Assembly (NCBI GenBank): GCA_965248755.1
Contig: OZ252149.1
Location: forward strand, 3,744,001-3,808,000
Direction: 5' to 3'
DNA: 64,000 nucleotides
From: Candidatus Latescibacterota bacterium
Lineage (GTDB): Bacteria; Latescibacterota; CBDEFO01
The first letter of the stretch is position 1, and each line of letters opens with the position of its first letter. Under the pieces are notes generated by a model that was not told the origin of the DNA, did not search any database, and saw only the letters and a list, made by a program, of their open reading frames with translations. This document shows positions 43,601 to 52,964 of the stretch, in pieces. The position numbers and the translations under genes were made by a program.

Positions 43601-46600
43601 AGCATCTCAGTGGTTGCCAATTTCAGCCCTGGTGCTCCGGGGCCTAAGAGCGCCACTTTGGTTATTCCGAGCAACGATCCTGATGCTGTAGAGGATACAA
43701 TATTTGTGAGTCTTACTGGTTTTGCGCTGGGATTTGCTCGTGTGGCGGTGGATCGTGATACAGTTGATTTCGGCGATGTGGTGAAGATAGATACGACAAG
43801 GGTGGAGACGGTCTTTGTGAAGAATGTAGGCGTAAGCATCAATCTGGCTCTGGATCCTGATAACCTGACGATAGACAATCCTGTGTTCAGAGTTGTCTCT
43901 ATTTCCAAGTCTTCTGTGGCTCCTGGGGACAGCGCTGCAGTGGCTGTAAGAGTGGGTCCTGGAGCTGCCGCAGGTCCCGTCTCCGGTGTTTTGACGATAA
44001 GTAGCAATGCGGACAACAGCCCGAATCTGGTGACTCTCGAGGCCAATCTTTTGGGGTTTGCGGCTGTGGAGACTATCCCTGATACGGTGGACTTTGGGAA
44101 TATAGTAATTTTGTTTACGCCGAGGACGGATACCGTCGTGGTGAAAAATGCGGGAATGGATTTGGTCCTTATTATAGATAGTTTAGTGGTGACGAGGGCG
44201 GATTCTGTCTATTCGATTGTCGAAGTTATAGGGGATAGCAGCATAGCTGAAGTCGATGACAGTCTCATGGTTGTGGTCAAGTATAGTCCGAAAGGTCTCG
44301 GTCCTGACGAGGGGACGTTGACTATATTCAGCAACGCTTTTGGGACTCCGGCTGAGGAAGTGACGTTGTTGGGGAGCGCCGGAGGTTTTGCCGATATTGA
44401 TGTAGATCCCGATACTCTGAACTTCGGGAATGTGCGGTTCGGTCAGTCGAAGATAGACAGTGTTCAAATAATAAGTGCCGGCGTGGATACGTCTTTGACG
44501 ATAGATAGTGTGGCTGTGAGTGGTGATCCTGATTTCTTGCTTGTTGCGCCTGTTACGGGCGCGGTCCTTTCCGATGGAAGTAGTCTGTTCGCGGTCGTCC
44601 AATATACTCCCGATGATGTCGGTGCAGATAGCGGTGTCTTGACTGTATTCAGCAATGCGATCGCTGATTCGGTCTTGGGTGTTCCACTGAAGGGTAGGGG
44701 TATAGCACCAGATATCGATGTATCTCCTGATAGTATAGATTACGGTGGTGTGGCAGTAGGTGAAAGTGCGGATGATACGGTAACGATTAGGAACTTAGGC
44801 GATGCGGATCTGTTGCTGGGGACTCTGTCTCTTACAGGCGTTGATACGAGTGAGTTTTCTATTTTGGCTCCTGATCCTTCCGATTCGACTGTTGCTCCGG
44901 GTGATAGCACTGAGGCTGTTGTGAGGTTTTCGCCTTCGTCGGCTGGTGCAAAGTTTGCCACTTTAGTCATACCGAGCGATGATCCTGATGAGGCTACTGT
45001 ATCTGTGTCTTTGACAGGTGTCGGTCTTGTGCCTGATATAGATGTATCTCCTGATAGTATAGGTTTCGGTGGTGTAGCAGTAAGCCAGAATGCGGATGAT
45101 ACGGTAACGATTAGGAACTTAGGCGATGCGGATCTGTTGCTGGAGACTCTGTCTCTTACAGGCGTTGATACGAGTGAGTTTTCTATTTTGGCTCCTGATC
45201 CTTCCGATTCGACTGTTGCTCCGGGTGATAGCACTGAGGCTGTTGTGAGGTTTTCGCCTTCGTCGGCTGGTGCAAAGTTTGCTACTTTGGTCATACCGAG
45301 CGATGATTCTGATGAGGCTACAGTATCTGTGTCTTTAACAGGTGTGGGTCTTGTGTCTATAAAAGAGGTTTCAAGGGATTCAATAGATTTTGGGGATGTG
45401 CCTAAGGATAGCCTGAAGGTGGATTCTGTGTTTGTGAGGAATGTGGGTGATGCGCCTGCGAAGATCATATCTGTAAAGACGGGGACACTTGCTTTTACGG
45501 TCTTTACGCCTTCCTTTGGTGACAGCCTAATAAGTCCGAGCGACTCTTTGAGGATAGATGTTGCGTTTTCCCCCGATACTACGGGGGTATTTGAGGATAC
45601 CCTGATAGTTATAAACGGGCTTCCTTCTGCGCCCGACACGCTTAAGGTGCCTTTAGTGGGTAGGGGTGTATTGATTAACGTGTTAGATGTGGGCAATGCT
45701 CAGGCTTATGCGGGCGACGTGGGCGTGGAAGTGCCGCTCACAATATTGAACAACGATACTTTGAGCGGTGTGCAGTTCGATCTGGTGTTCGACGCGAGTT
45801 CTCTGACGCTTGTGGACGTAAAGCCCAGATTTGGACTGCCTACGTCGTTTACGCCTCCTGACGTTGTTGCCGGAACAAATACGGCGACTGTGGCGATTCT
45901 GGATATTCCTCCGAGCACCAATACCATTCCGATTAATGCCGATCTCGACACTTTAGCTATCCTCGTGTTCGATGTGAAGCCCGGCATTCCCGCCGGGATT
46001 GTGCCTCTGGATCTTGCAGACGTCAAGTTCGTAGGGGCGGAAGGTGATACTTTGCAGCCTGACGCTGTGGCTTTAGATGGTTCGATCCAGATTCTCTTCG
46101 GGACGAATATAGATGTGGCGCCGGATACACTAATCTTCGCCGGGTCGCCGCCCAACGATACCTCTCTTGCGGCTCTGAGAGTGTTTAACGTGGGGAATAG
46201 GGACAGCCTGATCGTAAACCAGATAATTTCCTCGAATCCCTCTGTCTTCTCGGTGGTAGATCCTCTGCCCTCGGGTCCGATAGCTAAGGTGGACAGCCTG
46301 GACATTACGTTCAGGTTCACGCCGCCCGATACGGGACTCTTTATTGCGACTGCGACGATTGTCAGCAACGACGCCAACGGCGATACGGTCATCGTGCGCC
46401 TTGAGGGTCAAGGGAGGATACCCAACGTTGTGGACATCAGCGCTGGTGGGAGCGGATTTGCGGGAGACAGGAGGAGACCTGTTGCTCTGGTTGTTGCTGC
46501 AGACGATACTATTATAGGATTACAATTTGAACTTGCGTTCAACACAAATTCCCTTTCGCTTGTGGATATAACGTCGAATGTGCCCGCTACGTTTACGCCC

Positions 46601-48403
46601 GATTCTGTGCTCTCTGCTGGCGTGGATACCGTCACCATAGTCTTGCTGGATACGGACGCGGAAAACCCGCCGCTTCTGGTGATCCCTGGTATCAGGGATA
46701 CGGTGGCGACGCTGTTCTTCGATGTGGCTCCGGGTACACCGGCAGGTTTGCTTGCTTTAGTCATATTAGAAAACAACGTGCAGTTCTCGGATCTGGATGG
46801 CAATCCCCTCTCGCCCTCAATAGGCATAGCTGGCGAATTTGAGGTGCTTGCGGGTCCGAACATAGTGGTTTCCCCTGTGCCCATAGATTTAGACACTGTG
46901 TCTACGAACGAGTCGAAGGACACTCTGTTAGTCATAACTAATGTGGGAAATCTGGCTCTAAATCTGGATACGCTGACGCTGGCTGGGAACTCAGCCAGGG
47001 ATACAGTGTTTGCTATTGATCTTTCGGGCATAGCTTTGCCCGATGCCCCGCTGGCAGTAGGGGAGTCCGATACGGTCGTTGTAACGTTCACACCAGTGGA
47101 TACGGTGTCATATGCAGCGGTTATCACAGTTGTGAGCAACGACCCCGATGCGGACAGCGTGTTTGTGGACTTGACAGGTATTGGAGAGATTGCAGGGTTT
47201 AATATTTCTGGTTCTGTAAAATACTTCTCAGATCTTGCTAAGAGTGTACCTGATGTAGTAATCAGCCTTGACGAACAGCCCGGAGGGACTTTTGTCGATG
47301 CGGATACTACTCTTACCGACGGAACCTACGAGTTGCTTCTGGTGCCTGCTGGGGTAGATTATAGGGCTACGCCTTTGAAGACTGATTTGCCGGGTTCTGA
47401 TCCTGTCTCCATTAACGATGCGGTGTTTGTTCTGCAGAAATTGGGAGGTTTAAAGGTATTTGATGTTGCGACTTCCCTTTCGGCTGACACCGATGGCGAT
47501 GCTGTTGTCTCCATTAACGATGCAGTATTTATTCTACAGAAATTGGGGGGTCTCAAGACTCTGCCGTTCGCGCCGGGGTTGTGGGGATTTGTCCCAGCAA
47601 ACATAGACTATTTGGCCTTGAGCGCTGATCAGTCCGGGCAGGACTATATCGGAGTTATTGTAGGCGATGTAGATGGTGATTTCAAAAATCAACTTCCGCC
47701 TGCTGCTAAGTCGATTGAACCGCAACCGTCCAGCATAAGGCTATCCTTAGATGACTTTGAACGCGGAAGCGGCAAGACGTGGACGGTTCGGCTGGCCATC
47801 AACAGGCCAGATAGCATATTCGGAGTGGATGTCGGAATAGAATATCCTGTTGGGGTTATCGATGTGCAAGAGGTCAGAAAGATTAAAGATAATAGCAATC
47901 GTCTATTCGTGTCTAATTTAGAAAATGAGGGTCAGATAGATATAGCTATGGCCAGTGCTATGCCGATTGAAGGTGATGGCTCGCTGTTTGAAATAGAGTT
48001 TGAGATTATAGGCGAACCCAATGAGCCAGGTTTCACGCTCACAAGGGGAATGATTTCTGATGCTATAAGAGTGATAGATCTGCGCCCTGCGAATGAAAGA
48101 TTTGCGATATTGCCGAAGGAAGCATCTTTGAGTCAGAACTATCCCAACCCATTTAACCCGGAAACTACCATCGAATATGCTGTTCCTACAGGCTCCGGAG
48201 CAGTACCTGTGAAGTTGAGCATATATAACGCTATTGGACAGCAGATGAAGATTTTGGTTGATGAAAAGGTGAACCCAGGCTTCTATTCGGTCGTATGGGA
48301 TGGAAGAGATAATCAAGGGAGGCTCGTGGGTACTGGGGTCTACTTCTACAGGATTGTTGCTGGTAAGTTTGCCACTACAAAGAAAATGGTGTTCCTCAAA
48401 TAG
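40667..48403 (+). CDS. Giant scaffoldin-like surface protein: four N-terminal cohesin-like domains, many Ig/ASH domains, two internal cohesins, dockerin, cohesin, sorting domain (ORF track start 40526)
   Basis: GGAGG then MKKIVFMAVLL signal peptide; repeated GPSRGFQAFV.YD units; SINDA...DTDGDAVVSINDA; LSQNYPNPFNPET. Confidence 0.87.
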   Translation: MKKIVFMAVLLPLLSLAAGAYGQNAVLIIEDVQLGASTVSSVDVPVVFSNIDAGPSRGFQALVEFDTTAFSVDTVLIASSRLTDLSFDALFNVQDNGRLNILVFSAISSDLIAVGVDTAVTIRFEVLAGAAFPENVDFVGDGTFVSDASGIKTSVILDNGVIFAAPASLSIPDVQLTSGDTAVGVPVVFDNINAGPSRGFQAFVKYDTTKLSVATVTVISNRLSDAGFDVQFNVQSDGILNILVFSPEADSLIATGSDTAVNVSFDIVSGAAFPDSVKFADGTVVSDANERSIPVILDNGAILPPGVLLTIPDVTLATRTATTVDVPIEFDNTDGDSSRGMELVLEFDTAKLSVGTVTIVSERLTPLSFIVDFQTQADGRLKILLFSPISAEVISVGSDTLLNVKFDILSGATFPDSVKFADGTTVSGSTGLAVPVVTDNGAILPAVLIPASLTIPDVQLVSGDTIVDVPIVFDNIAAGPSRGFQAFVQYDTTKLSVDSMTVVSSRLTDALFDAQFNVQADGVLNIVVFSPEADSLIAAGSDTALTISFAIRAGAVFPDSVKFADGTIVSDADGLSIPVILDNGAILPPVPTVAVSPAAIDFDSVTVGTTKKDTLIVISTGTGTLQLDSLVLSGNSVFSAPSGPFAIAPGESLEVEVTFTPDTTRVFSDTLTLFSNATNDPSVKVPLAGTGSGFPAIDAAPDTLNFGNVAVNSSKRDTVVVKSVGSILPLEIDSIAVTSGDAVFSIAGIVDIGDSSIAVGDSFKVAVAYSPTETGLDAGALTIFSNSVSDPNLEVRLTGTGVAPDINVSPLAIDFGSVEVGSTSDSLVVISNLGDADLTLGTLIVADSVNYSFSPDLSGAIIPPSGSDTLVVTFKPQSIGAFPAVLAIPSDDPDALEDTVLVNLTGVGLAPDIDVSPVAIDFDTVVVGGLKKDTLIIANTGNDTLVLGTLSKIGANPLAFTFAPILANVSGSAVAPGESISVVANFSPGAPGPKSATLVIPSNDPDAVEDTIFVSLTGFALGFARVAVDRDTVDFGDVVKIDTTRVETVFVKNVGVSINLALDPDNLTIDNPVFRVVSISKSSVAPGDSAAVAVRVGPGAAAGPVSGVLTISSNADNSPNLVTLEANLLGFAAVETIPDTVDFGNIVILFTPRTDTVVVKNAGMDLVLIIDSLVVTRADSVYSIVEVIGDSSIAEVDDSLMVVVKYSPKGLGPDEGTLTIFSNAFGTPAEEVTLLGSAGGFADIDVDPDTLNFGNVRFGQSKIDSVQIISAGVDTSLTIDSVAVSGDPDFLLVAPVTGAVLSDGSSLFAVVQYTPDDVGADSGVLTVFSNAIADSVLGVPLKGRGIAPDIDVSPDSIDYGGVAVGESADDTVTIRNLGDADLLLGTLSLTGVDTSEFSILAPDPSDSTVAPGDSTEAVVRFSPSSAGAKFATLVIPSDDPDEATVSVSLTGVGLVPDIDVSPDSIGFGGVAVSQNADDTVTIRNLGDADLLLETLSLTGVDTSEFSILAPDPSDSTVAPGDSTEAVVRFSPSSAGAKFATLVIPSDDSDEATVSVSLTGVGLVSIKEVSRDSIDFGDVPKDSLKVDSVFVRNVGDAPAKIISVKTGTLAFTVFTPSFGDSLISPSDSLRIDVAFSPDTTGVFEDTLIVINGLPSAPDTLKVPLVGRGVLINVLDVGNAQAYAGDVGVEVPLTILNNDTLSGVQFDLVFDASSLTLVDVKPRFGLPTSFTPPDVVAGTNTATVAILDIPPSTNTIPINADLDTLAILVFDVKPGIPAGIVPLDLADVKFVGAEGDTLQPDAVALDGSIQILFGTNIDVAPDTLIFAGSPPNDTSLAALRVFNVGNRDSLIVNQIISSNPSVFSVVDPLPSGPIAKVDSLDITFRFTPPDTGLFIATATIVSNDANGDTVIVRLEGQGRIPNVVDISAGGSGFAGDRRRPVALVVAADDTIIGLQFELAFNTNSLSLVDITSNVPATFTPDSVLSAGVDTVTIVLLDTDAENPPLLVIPGIRDTVATLFFDVAPGTPAGLLALVILENNVQFSDLDGNPLSPSIGIAGEFEVLAGPNIVVSPVPIDLDTVSTNESKDTLLVITNVGNLALNLDTLTLAGNSARDTVFAIDLSGIALPDAPLAVGESDTVVVTFTPVDTVSYAAVITVVSNDPDADSVFVDLTGIGEIAGFNISGSVKYFSDLAKSVPDVVISLDEQPGGTFVDADTTLTDGTYELLLVPAGVDYRATPLKTDLPGSDPVSINDAVFVLQKLGGLKVFDVATSLSADTDGDAVVSINDAVFILQKLGGLKTLPFAPGLWGFVPANIDYLALSADQSGQDYIGVIVGDVDGDFKNQLPPAAKSIEPQPSSIRLSLDDFERGSGKTWTVRLAINRPDSIFGVDVGIEYPVGVIDVQEVRKIKDNSNRLFVSNLENEGQIDIAMASAMPIEGDGSLFEIEFEIIGEPNEPGFTLTRGMISDAIRVIDLRPANERFAILPKEASLSQNYPNPFNPETTIEYAVPTGSGAVPVKLSIYNAIGQQMKILVDEKVNPGFYSVVWDGRDNQGRLVGTGVYFYRIVAGKFATTKKMVFLK
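44708..45355 (+). repeat. Near-exact 324-bp intragenic tandem duplication (one Ig/ASH domain)
   Basis: PDIDVSPDSI..GGVAV...SVSLTGVGLV occurs twice, starting at 44708 and 45032. Confidence 0.9.
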
Positions 48404-48523
48404 AGTTTAGTTGCGTCTACCCCACGATTAAGGGAGGGATAGGCGTGAAAGAGACGTGTGAATAATAGGGATAATAACTGACTGAGATCCCTTTTAAAGT
48501 AACATAATAAGGAGAAAAACATT

Positions 48524-51500
48524 ATGAAGAACCTAAAACTGCTTTTAGCATCTGCTCTCCTTCTCGTCGTAGCGTGGGGCACTACCGCTGAAGCTCAAGT
48601 GACTGTGTCGGTTCCGGATACTGCGGGTGATCCAGGGGATCTGGTGAAAGTGAAGGTATACATGGAACTGCAGCCTGAGGCTACTCTCGGCTTGGCTGGA
48701 TTCGATATCAAGCTTAACATTGATCCGACAGTTATCAAAGTCGCGGGCACTTTCGTAAAAGATTTCACCTCTTTAATACCGACATTCAGTAATTTCGCTA
48801 CAGTCAGCAATAGCGACAGTACATTAAATCTTATTGGTGCTACGTCGCTAGGTCTTGCGCTGGGATTTGAGGACTTTGGGGTTCCTGCCAACCCTGCAGC
48901 TTTCTTTGAGATCGGTTTCAATGTAGTAGGAAGTCCAGGAGATGTCAGCCCGATCACTGTAAATCTGGTAACGTCGGGTGTTTCTACGGGCCCTCGTGGG
49001 ACCTCGGACACTGCACTTAATCCAGTAGATATCGTTGTAAATGGAAGCTTCAGTATACCTGTGGACATCTCCCAAACGACTGTAGTGGCGGCTCGCACGA
49101 CTCTTAAAGCAGACGGCGCTGATACTACGCTGATTACAGTGACTCCGAGAAAGGCCGACGGCAGTAAGATCAGCGCTACTCTAAATGTAAGCGTTAATAC
49201 AACAGCAGGCTCCGTGGGGAGTGTAACCGCAGAGACAGATAGCACTTATACTTCTACACTTACATCTTCAAACCTCGATGAAACGGCTGTGGTTACGGCT
49301 ACTATCGTGGGTTCAGTGGCTCCGGACTCTGCCGTGGTGGTTTTTGCTCCCTTTTCCGATATTGAAGTCACTCCGTTGAGTATAGATTATGGTATTGTGT
49401 TGACGCTAACCGGCAGTGCGGACAGTACAGTAACGATAGCCAACTTAGGGAATGGTCCCTTAGTCTTAGGGACTCTGTCTATTGAGGGTACTGATGCAAG
49501 TGAGTTTTCTATTGTAGCTCCAGATCCCTCCGGTACGACTGTCTCTCCGACTCTTAGTGCTGACGCTATTATAAGGTTCTCGCCTGTATCGGGAGGGCCC
49601 AAGTCCGCCACTTTACTCATTCCTAACAACGATCCTGACGCAGCTGATGATACTGTATCTGTGGCATTGGTAGGTGTGGGCGGAGAACCTAATATAACAG
49701 TGGTAGATACGGTGGATTTTGGAAGTGTAAGCACTATCGGTGCTCCCAAGGATATTGACTTAGAGATACTAAGTGACGGCGGTCTACAGTTGCAGATCAG
49801 TGCTGTGACTCTTACAGGCTCAGGCGCTGCGGCTTATACGTTGCTGGATAATCTGGATGGGGTTATACTCCCTGCACTAACGGGAAAGGATACACTGAGC
49901 ATAAGATTTGCCCCGACCAGTGTGGGTCCCTTCACAGCAGATGTGACTATCTTCAGCGATGATCCCGATACGTCTGAGAAGACAGTTACCTTACTTGGTA
50001 CTGGAATTGAGCCTGATATAGTTGTGACTCCGTTCGATTTCGGACCTGTGGAGGTGGACTCTCAGAAGACAGATACCCTGATAGTGAATAATGTGGGAAC
50101 GGACGACCTGAATATCGACTCCCTGCGCACAAATCTATTCCCTATTCCGTTTGATGCATTCCCTGCTGGTTCATTACCAGCAGCCGTCTCTCCGGGCGGA
50201 TTGCTCAAAGTAGTGATTCAGTTCCAACCCGATTCTGTGGGGGTCTTTAACGATACAGTGACTGTCTTCAGTGATGACCCGGACAGTCCTTCTTTCAAGG
50301 TTCCGCTGACCGGAATTGGCGTTGTACCAGATATTAATATTGCTCCTCTTGACACGCTTACGATTACGGATAGGATTGATACTTCAGGAGTTACGGGAAA
50401 GACGACTACTGGTGCCATAGCAGTAGTCAACCAGGGCGGCGTCGGTTCTGTTCTGGACGTGACCTACAGCCTGGAGAATATAACAGGTGGGGGGACCGCC
50501 ACGTTCTCCGTTGATGGCGCCTCTGCGCCGAGTCCTTCGCGGGTGCCTGACGGCTTGTCTATCAATATAGTTATAGCCTTTGCGTCCATAGATTCAGCCG
50601 ATACTCTCCAGCCCAGATTTGCAAGGGTCATAATCACAAGTGATGATCCCAACAGCGTAGATACAGTGATTGTACAGGGTATATCAGTGCTGGGCCCTTC
50701 ACCCAAGCCGAGGGCGGAGCCCGCTTCTCTGGATTATGATGGTGTTTTTGCAGGGACGACCAAGGACCTACAGGTCGTTATCGGAAACGGTCCTGGCGGA
50801 ACGACAGCAGATCCTGATGCTGACACGACTTTTGTCATAACAGAGACTGTTATTAGTGGGGATACTCTCTCTGACGGGAGCTTTGTCTTTTCAATTGTAG
50901 TGCCTCCTCCAGCAACTATCAATTTCGGGGACAGCGCTACTGTGACGGTGAAGTATAATGCTCCGGATGTTTTGAGTCCTGTCACGAATAATGGGACGTT
51001 GACGCTGAGGGATACAGTCAGCAACGCTGTGATAAGTATTCCTTTGAGTGGTAATACTGGCAATTCTATCGTAACACTTTCTGCACCTCCATTAGATTTC
51101 CCCGATCATAAGGTCGGAAGGTCTGGTCCGCCTGCGAGGGCTTTGGCTATACGAAACGATGCTGCCGCTACCGCAAATGCGAGGGTGGACAGTGTTATTG
51201 TTTCTGACATCATAGCGGGGAGCGTGCCCCAGTTTACGTTCAGTCCGAGCACTGGCTATCCACGCACTATCAGCAATGGAGACAGCTTGGTGTTGACCGT
51301 AACGTTTAATCCTCTGACTCCTACGGAGCCGGACAGCATCTTTAAGGACTTTGAGGCGTTGTTGGAAGTGAATAACACGGACACGGATAATCCCAGTCCT
51401 TCCGTCGATATGACTGGAAAAGGTCTTGCGCCTCAGCCCGAACTTATCGTGGACGATTTCTTGATCTTTGCACCTGCTCAATTGGATACGGGTCAGGCAA

Positions 51501-52837
51501 TTCGGTCTGCACCTTTCACAAGCCAGGCGACGTTGACGATCAGGAACAATGCCTTGCCCGGGAATCCACTAGAGGTCTTGAAGGTATTTGACGTTGTCGT
51601 TGCTCCGGGACTTAACACCGGTCCGCTTACCTTACTGGCTACATTTAAGCCACTTACAGCAAAACTGGACACTCTGCTCTTAGTTCCTACAGATACACTG
51701 GAGGTACTCCAGGGACAGACGGCGAGCTTTACGGTACAGTTCAGGCCGAGGGTCGAACCAACAGGTCCGTTGAGTCCGGCTTCGATTACGGCTAATCAGG
51801 ACTCTGTAGGGTACAGTGCGTTTCTTTCAATCGACAGCAACGATCCGACGGGCGGCAATCCGACTATAACGTTAACCGGTCAGGGCTTCATAAGACGCGC
51901 CGATGTAAACTTCAGCGGGTCGGTGAATGTGACTGACGCTGCGAAAATTATAGATGCTATTTTGTTGAATGTCCAATTGGCCCCTACTACAACTTTAGGG
52001 AGGGCCGTGTTTAATCTGAGAAGTGTGGTCACTCCTGCGTCCGATCCGGTCAACGACGATTTCCCCAATGTGCTGGATGTGGTCAGGACTGTGCTTACGA
52101 TTATAAACAAGGTTCTTCTGCCTAAAATCGTAACGGAAGGTCCGGAGGTCGCACAGGTTTTGATTGGGGACGTTCAGTCTGAGGATGGAAGGACAAGATT
52201 GCCTGTGATGGTGGAGAATTCGGGTCCGATATACGGGGCTCAGATGAATCTGAAGTACGACCCGAGGGCTTTATCTCTGTCTGATGTGAGATTGACAGAA
52301 CGCAGCCAGGATATGACCCTGGCTTACCGCATGATAGAAGAGGGCAAGGTGGTGGCGCTGTTATACAGCTTCGACGGAGGGGTTATCCTGCCCGTAGACG
52401 GTTCCATATTAGACGTGGAGTTTGATGCTATAAAGAGTGGGGAGGATGTGTCTTGGGAGGTGGAGATTCAGAATCTGATATTGTCCGACCTTTATGGGAA
52501 TTCGATAGCTCTGGATGGATTTGGCAGCGTAACAGCTCAGGTCCCGTCGTCTATACCTGACGAGTATTCGCTTTCGCAAAACTATCCCAATCCTTTCAAT
52601 CCCGGTACTACTATAGAGTTTGCTATTCCTGTGGACGGGAAGATCGTGATGGATGTGATCGACATTTCGGGTCAGAGGGTGAGGAGATTGGATGAGGGCT
52701 ACAAGCAGGCTGGGAGCTACTCTGTGGTATGGGATGGCTTGAATGAGAGAGGAATGAAAGTAGCAAGCGGGGTTTATTTCTACAGGATCAGGGCGGGGGA
52801 CTTCGTAAAGATGCGAAAAATGGTCCTGCTAAAATAG
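48524..52837 (+). CDS. Secreted surface protein: cohesin, invasin-like Ig domain, Ig/ASH domains, dockerin, cohesin, sorting domain
   Basis: Signal peptide; LKADGADTTLITV; ADVNFSGSVNVTDA; YGAQMNLKYDP; LSQNYPNPFNP. Confidence 0.87.
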   Translation: MKNLKLLLASALLLVVAWGTTAEAQVTVSVPDTAGDPGDLVKVKVYMELQPEATLGLAGFDIKLNIDPTVIKVAGTFVKDFTSLIPTFSNFATVSNSDSTLNLIGATSLGLALGFEDFGVPANPAAFFEIGFNVVGSPGDVSPITVNLVTSGVSTGPRGTSDTALNPVDIVVNGSFSIPVDISQTTVVAARTTLKADGADTTLITVTPRKADGSKISATLNVSVNTTAGSVGSVTAETDSTYTSTLTSSNLDETAVVTATIVGSVAPDSAVVVFAPFSDIEVTPLSIDYGIVLTLTGSADSTVTIANLGNGPLVLGTLSIEGTDASEFSIVAPDPSGTTVSPTLSADAIIRFSPVSGGPKSATLLIPNNDPDAADDTVSVALVGVGGEPNITVVDTVDFGSVSTIGAPKDIDLEILSDGGLQLQISAVTLTGSGAAAYTLLDNLDGVILPALTGKDTLSIRFAPTSVGPFTADVTIFSDDPDTSEKTVTLLGTGIEPDIVVTPFDFGPVEVDSQKTDTLIVNNVGTDDLNIDSLRTNLFPIPFDAFPAGSLPAAVSPGGLLKVVIQFQPDSVGVFNDTVTVFSDDPDSPSFKVPLTGIGVVPDINIAPLDTLTITDRIDTSGVTGKTTTGAIAVVNQGGVGSVLDVTYSLENITGGGTATFSVDGASAPSPSRVPDGLSINIVIAFASIDSADTLQPRFARVIITSDDPNSVDTVIVQGISVLGPSPKPRAEPASLDYDGVFAGTTKDLQVVIGNGPGGTTADPDADTTFVITETVISGDTLSDGSFVFSIVVPPPATINFGDSATVTVKYNAPDVLSPVTNNGTLTLRDTVSNAVISIPLSGNTGNSIVTLSAPPLDFPDHKVGRSGPPARALAIRNDAAATANARVDSVIVSDIIAGSVPQFTFSPSTGYPRTISNGDSLVLTVTFNPLTPTEPDSIFKDFEALLEVNNTDTDNPSPSVDMTGKGLAPQPELIVDDFLIFAPAQLDTGQAIRSAPFTSQATLTIRNNALPGNPLEVLKVFDVVVAPGLNTGPLTLLATFKPLTAKLDTLLLVPTDTLEVLQGQTASFTVQFRPRVEPTGPLSPASITANQDSVGYSAFLSIDSNDPTGGNPTITLTGQGFIRRADVNFSGSVNVTDAAKIIDAILLNVQLAPTTTLGRAVFNLRSVVTPASDPVNDDFPNVLDVVRTVLTIINKVLLPKIVTEGPEVAQVLIGDVQSEDGRTRLPVMVENSGPIYGAQMNLKYDPRALSLSDVRLTERSQDMTLAYRMIEEGKVVALLYSFDGGVILPVDGSILDVEFDAIKSGEDVSWEVEIQNLILSDLYGNSIALDGFGSVTAQVPSSIPDEYSLSQNYPNPFNPGTTIEFAIPVDGKIVMDVIDISGQRVRRLDEGYKQAGSYSVVWDGLNERGMKVASGVYFYRIRAGDFVKMRKMVLLK

Positions 52838-52964
52838 CCTCTTTGTTATCTGACCCCAATCCCCTATAGACTCAATTGGGGATCGGGGACCTGATGTAGA
52901 TTTGTTAGCTATGACAGAGGCTAAAGGCTATATGAAAACTCATAACAAAGAGGGAAGATTTCTG

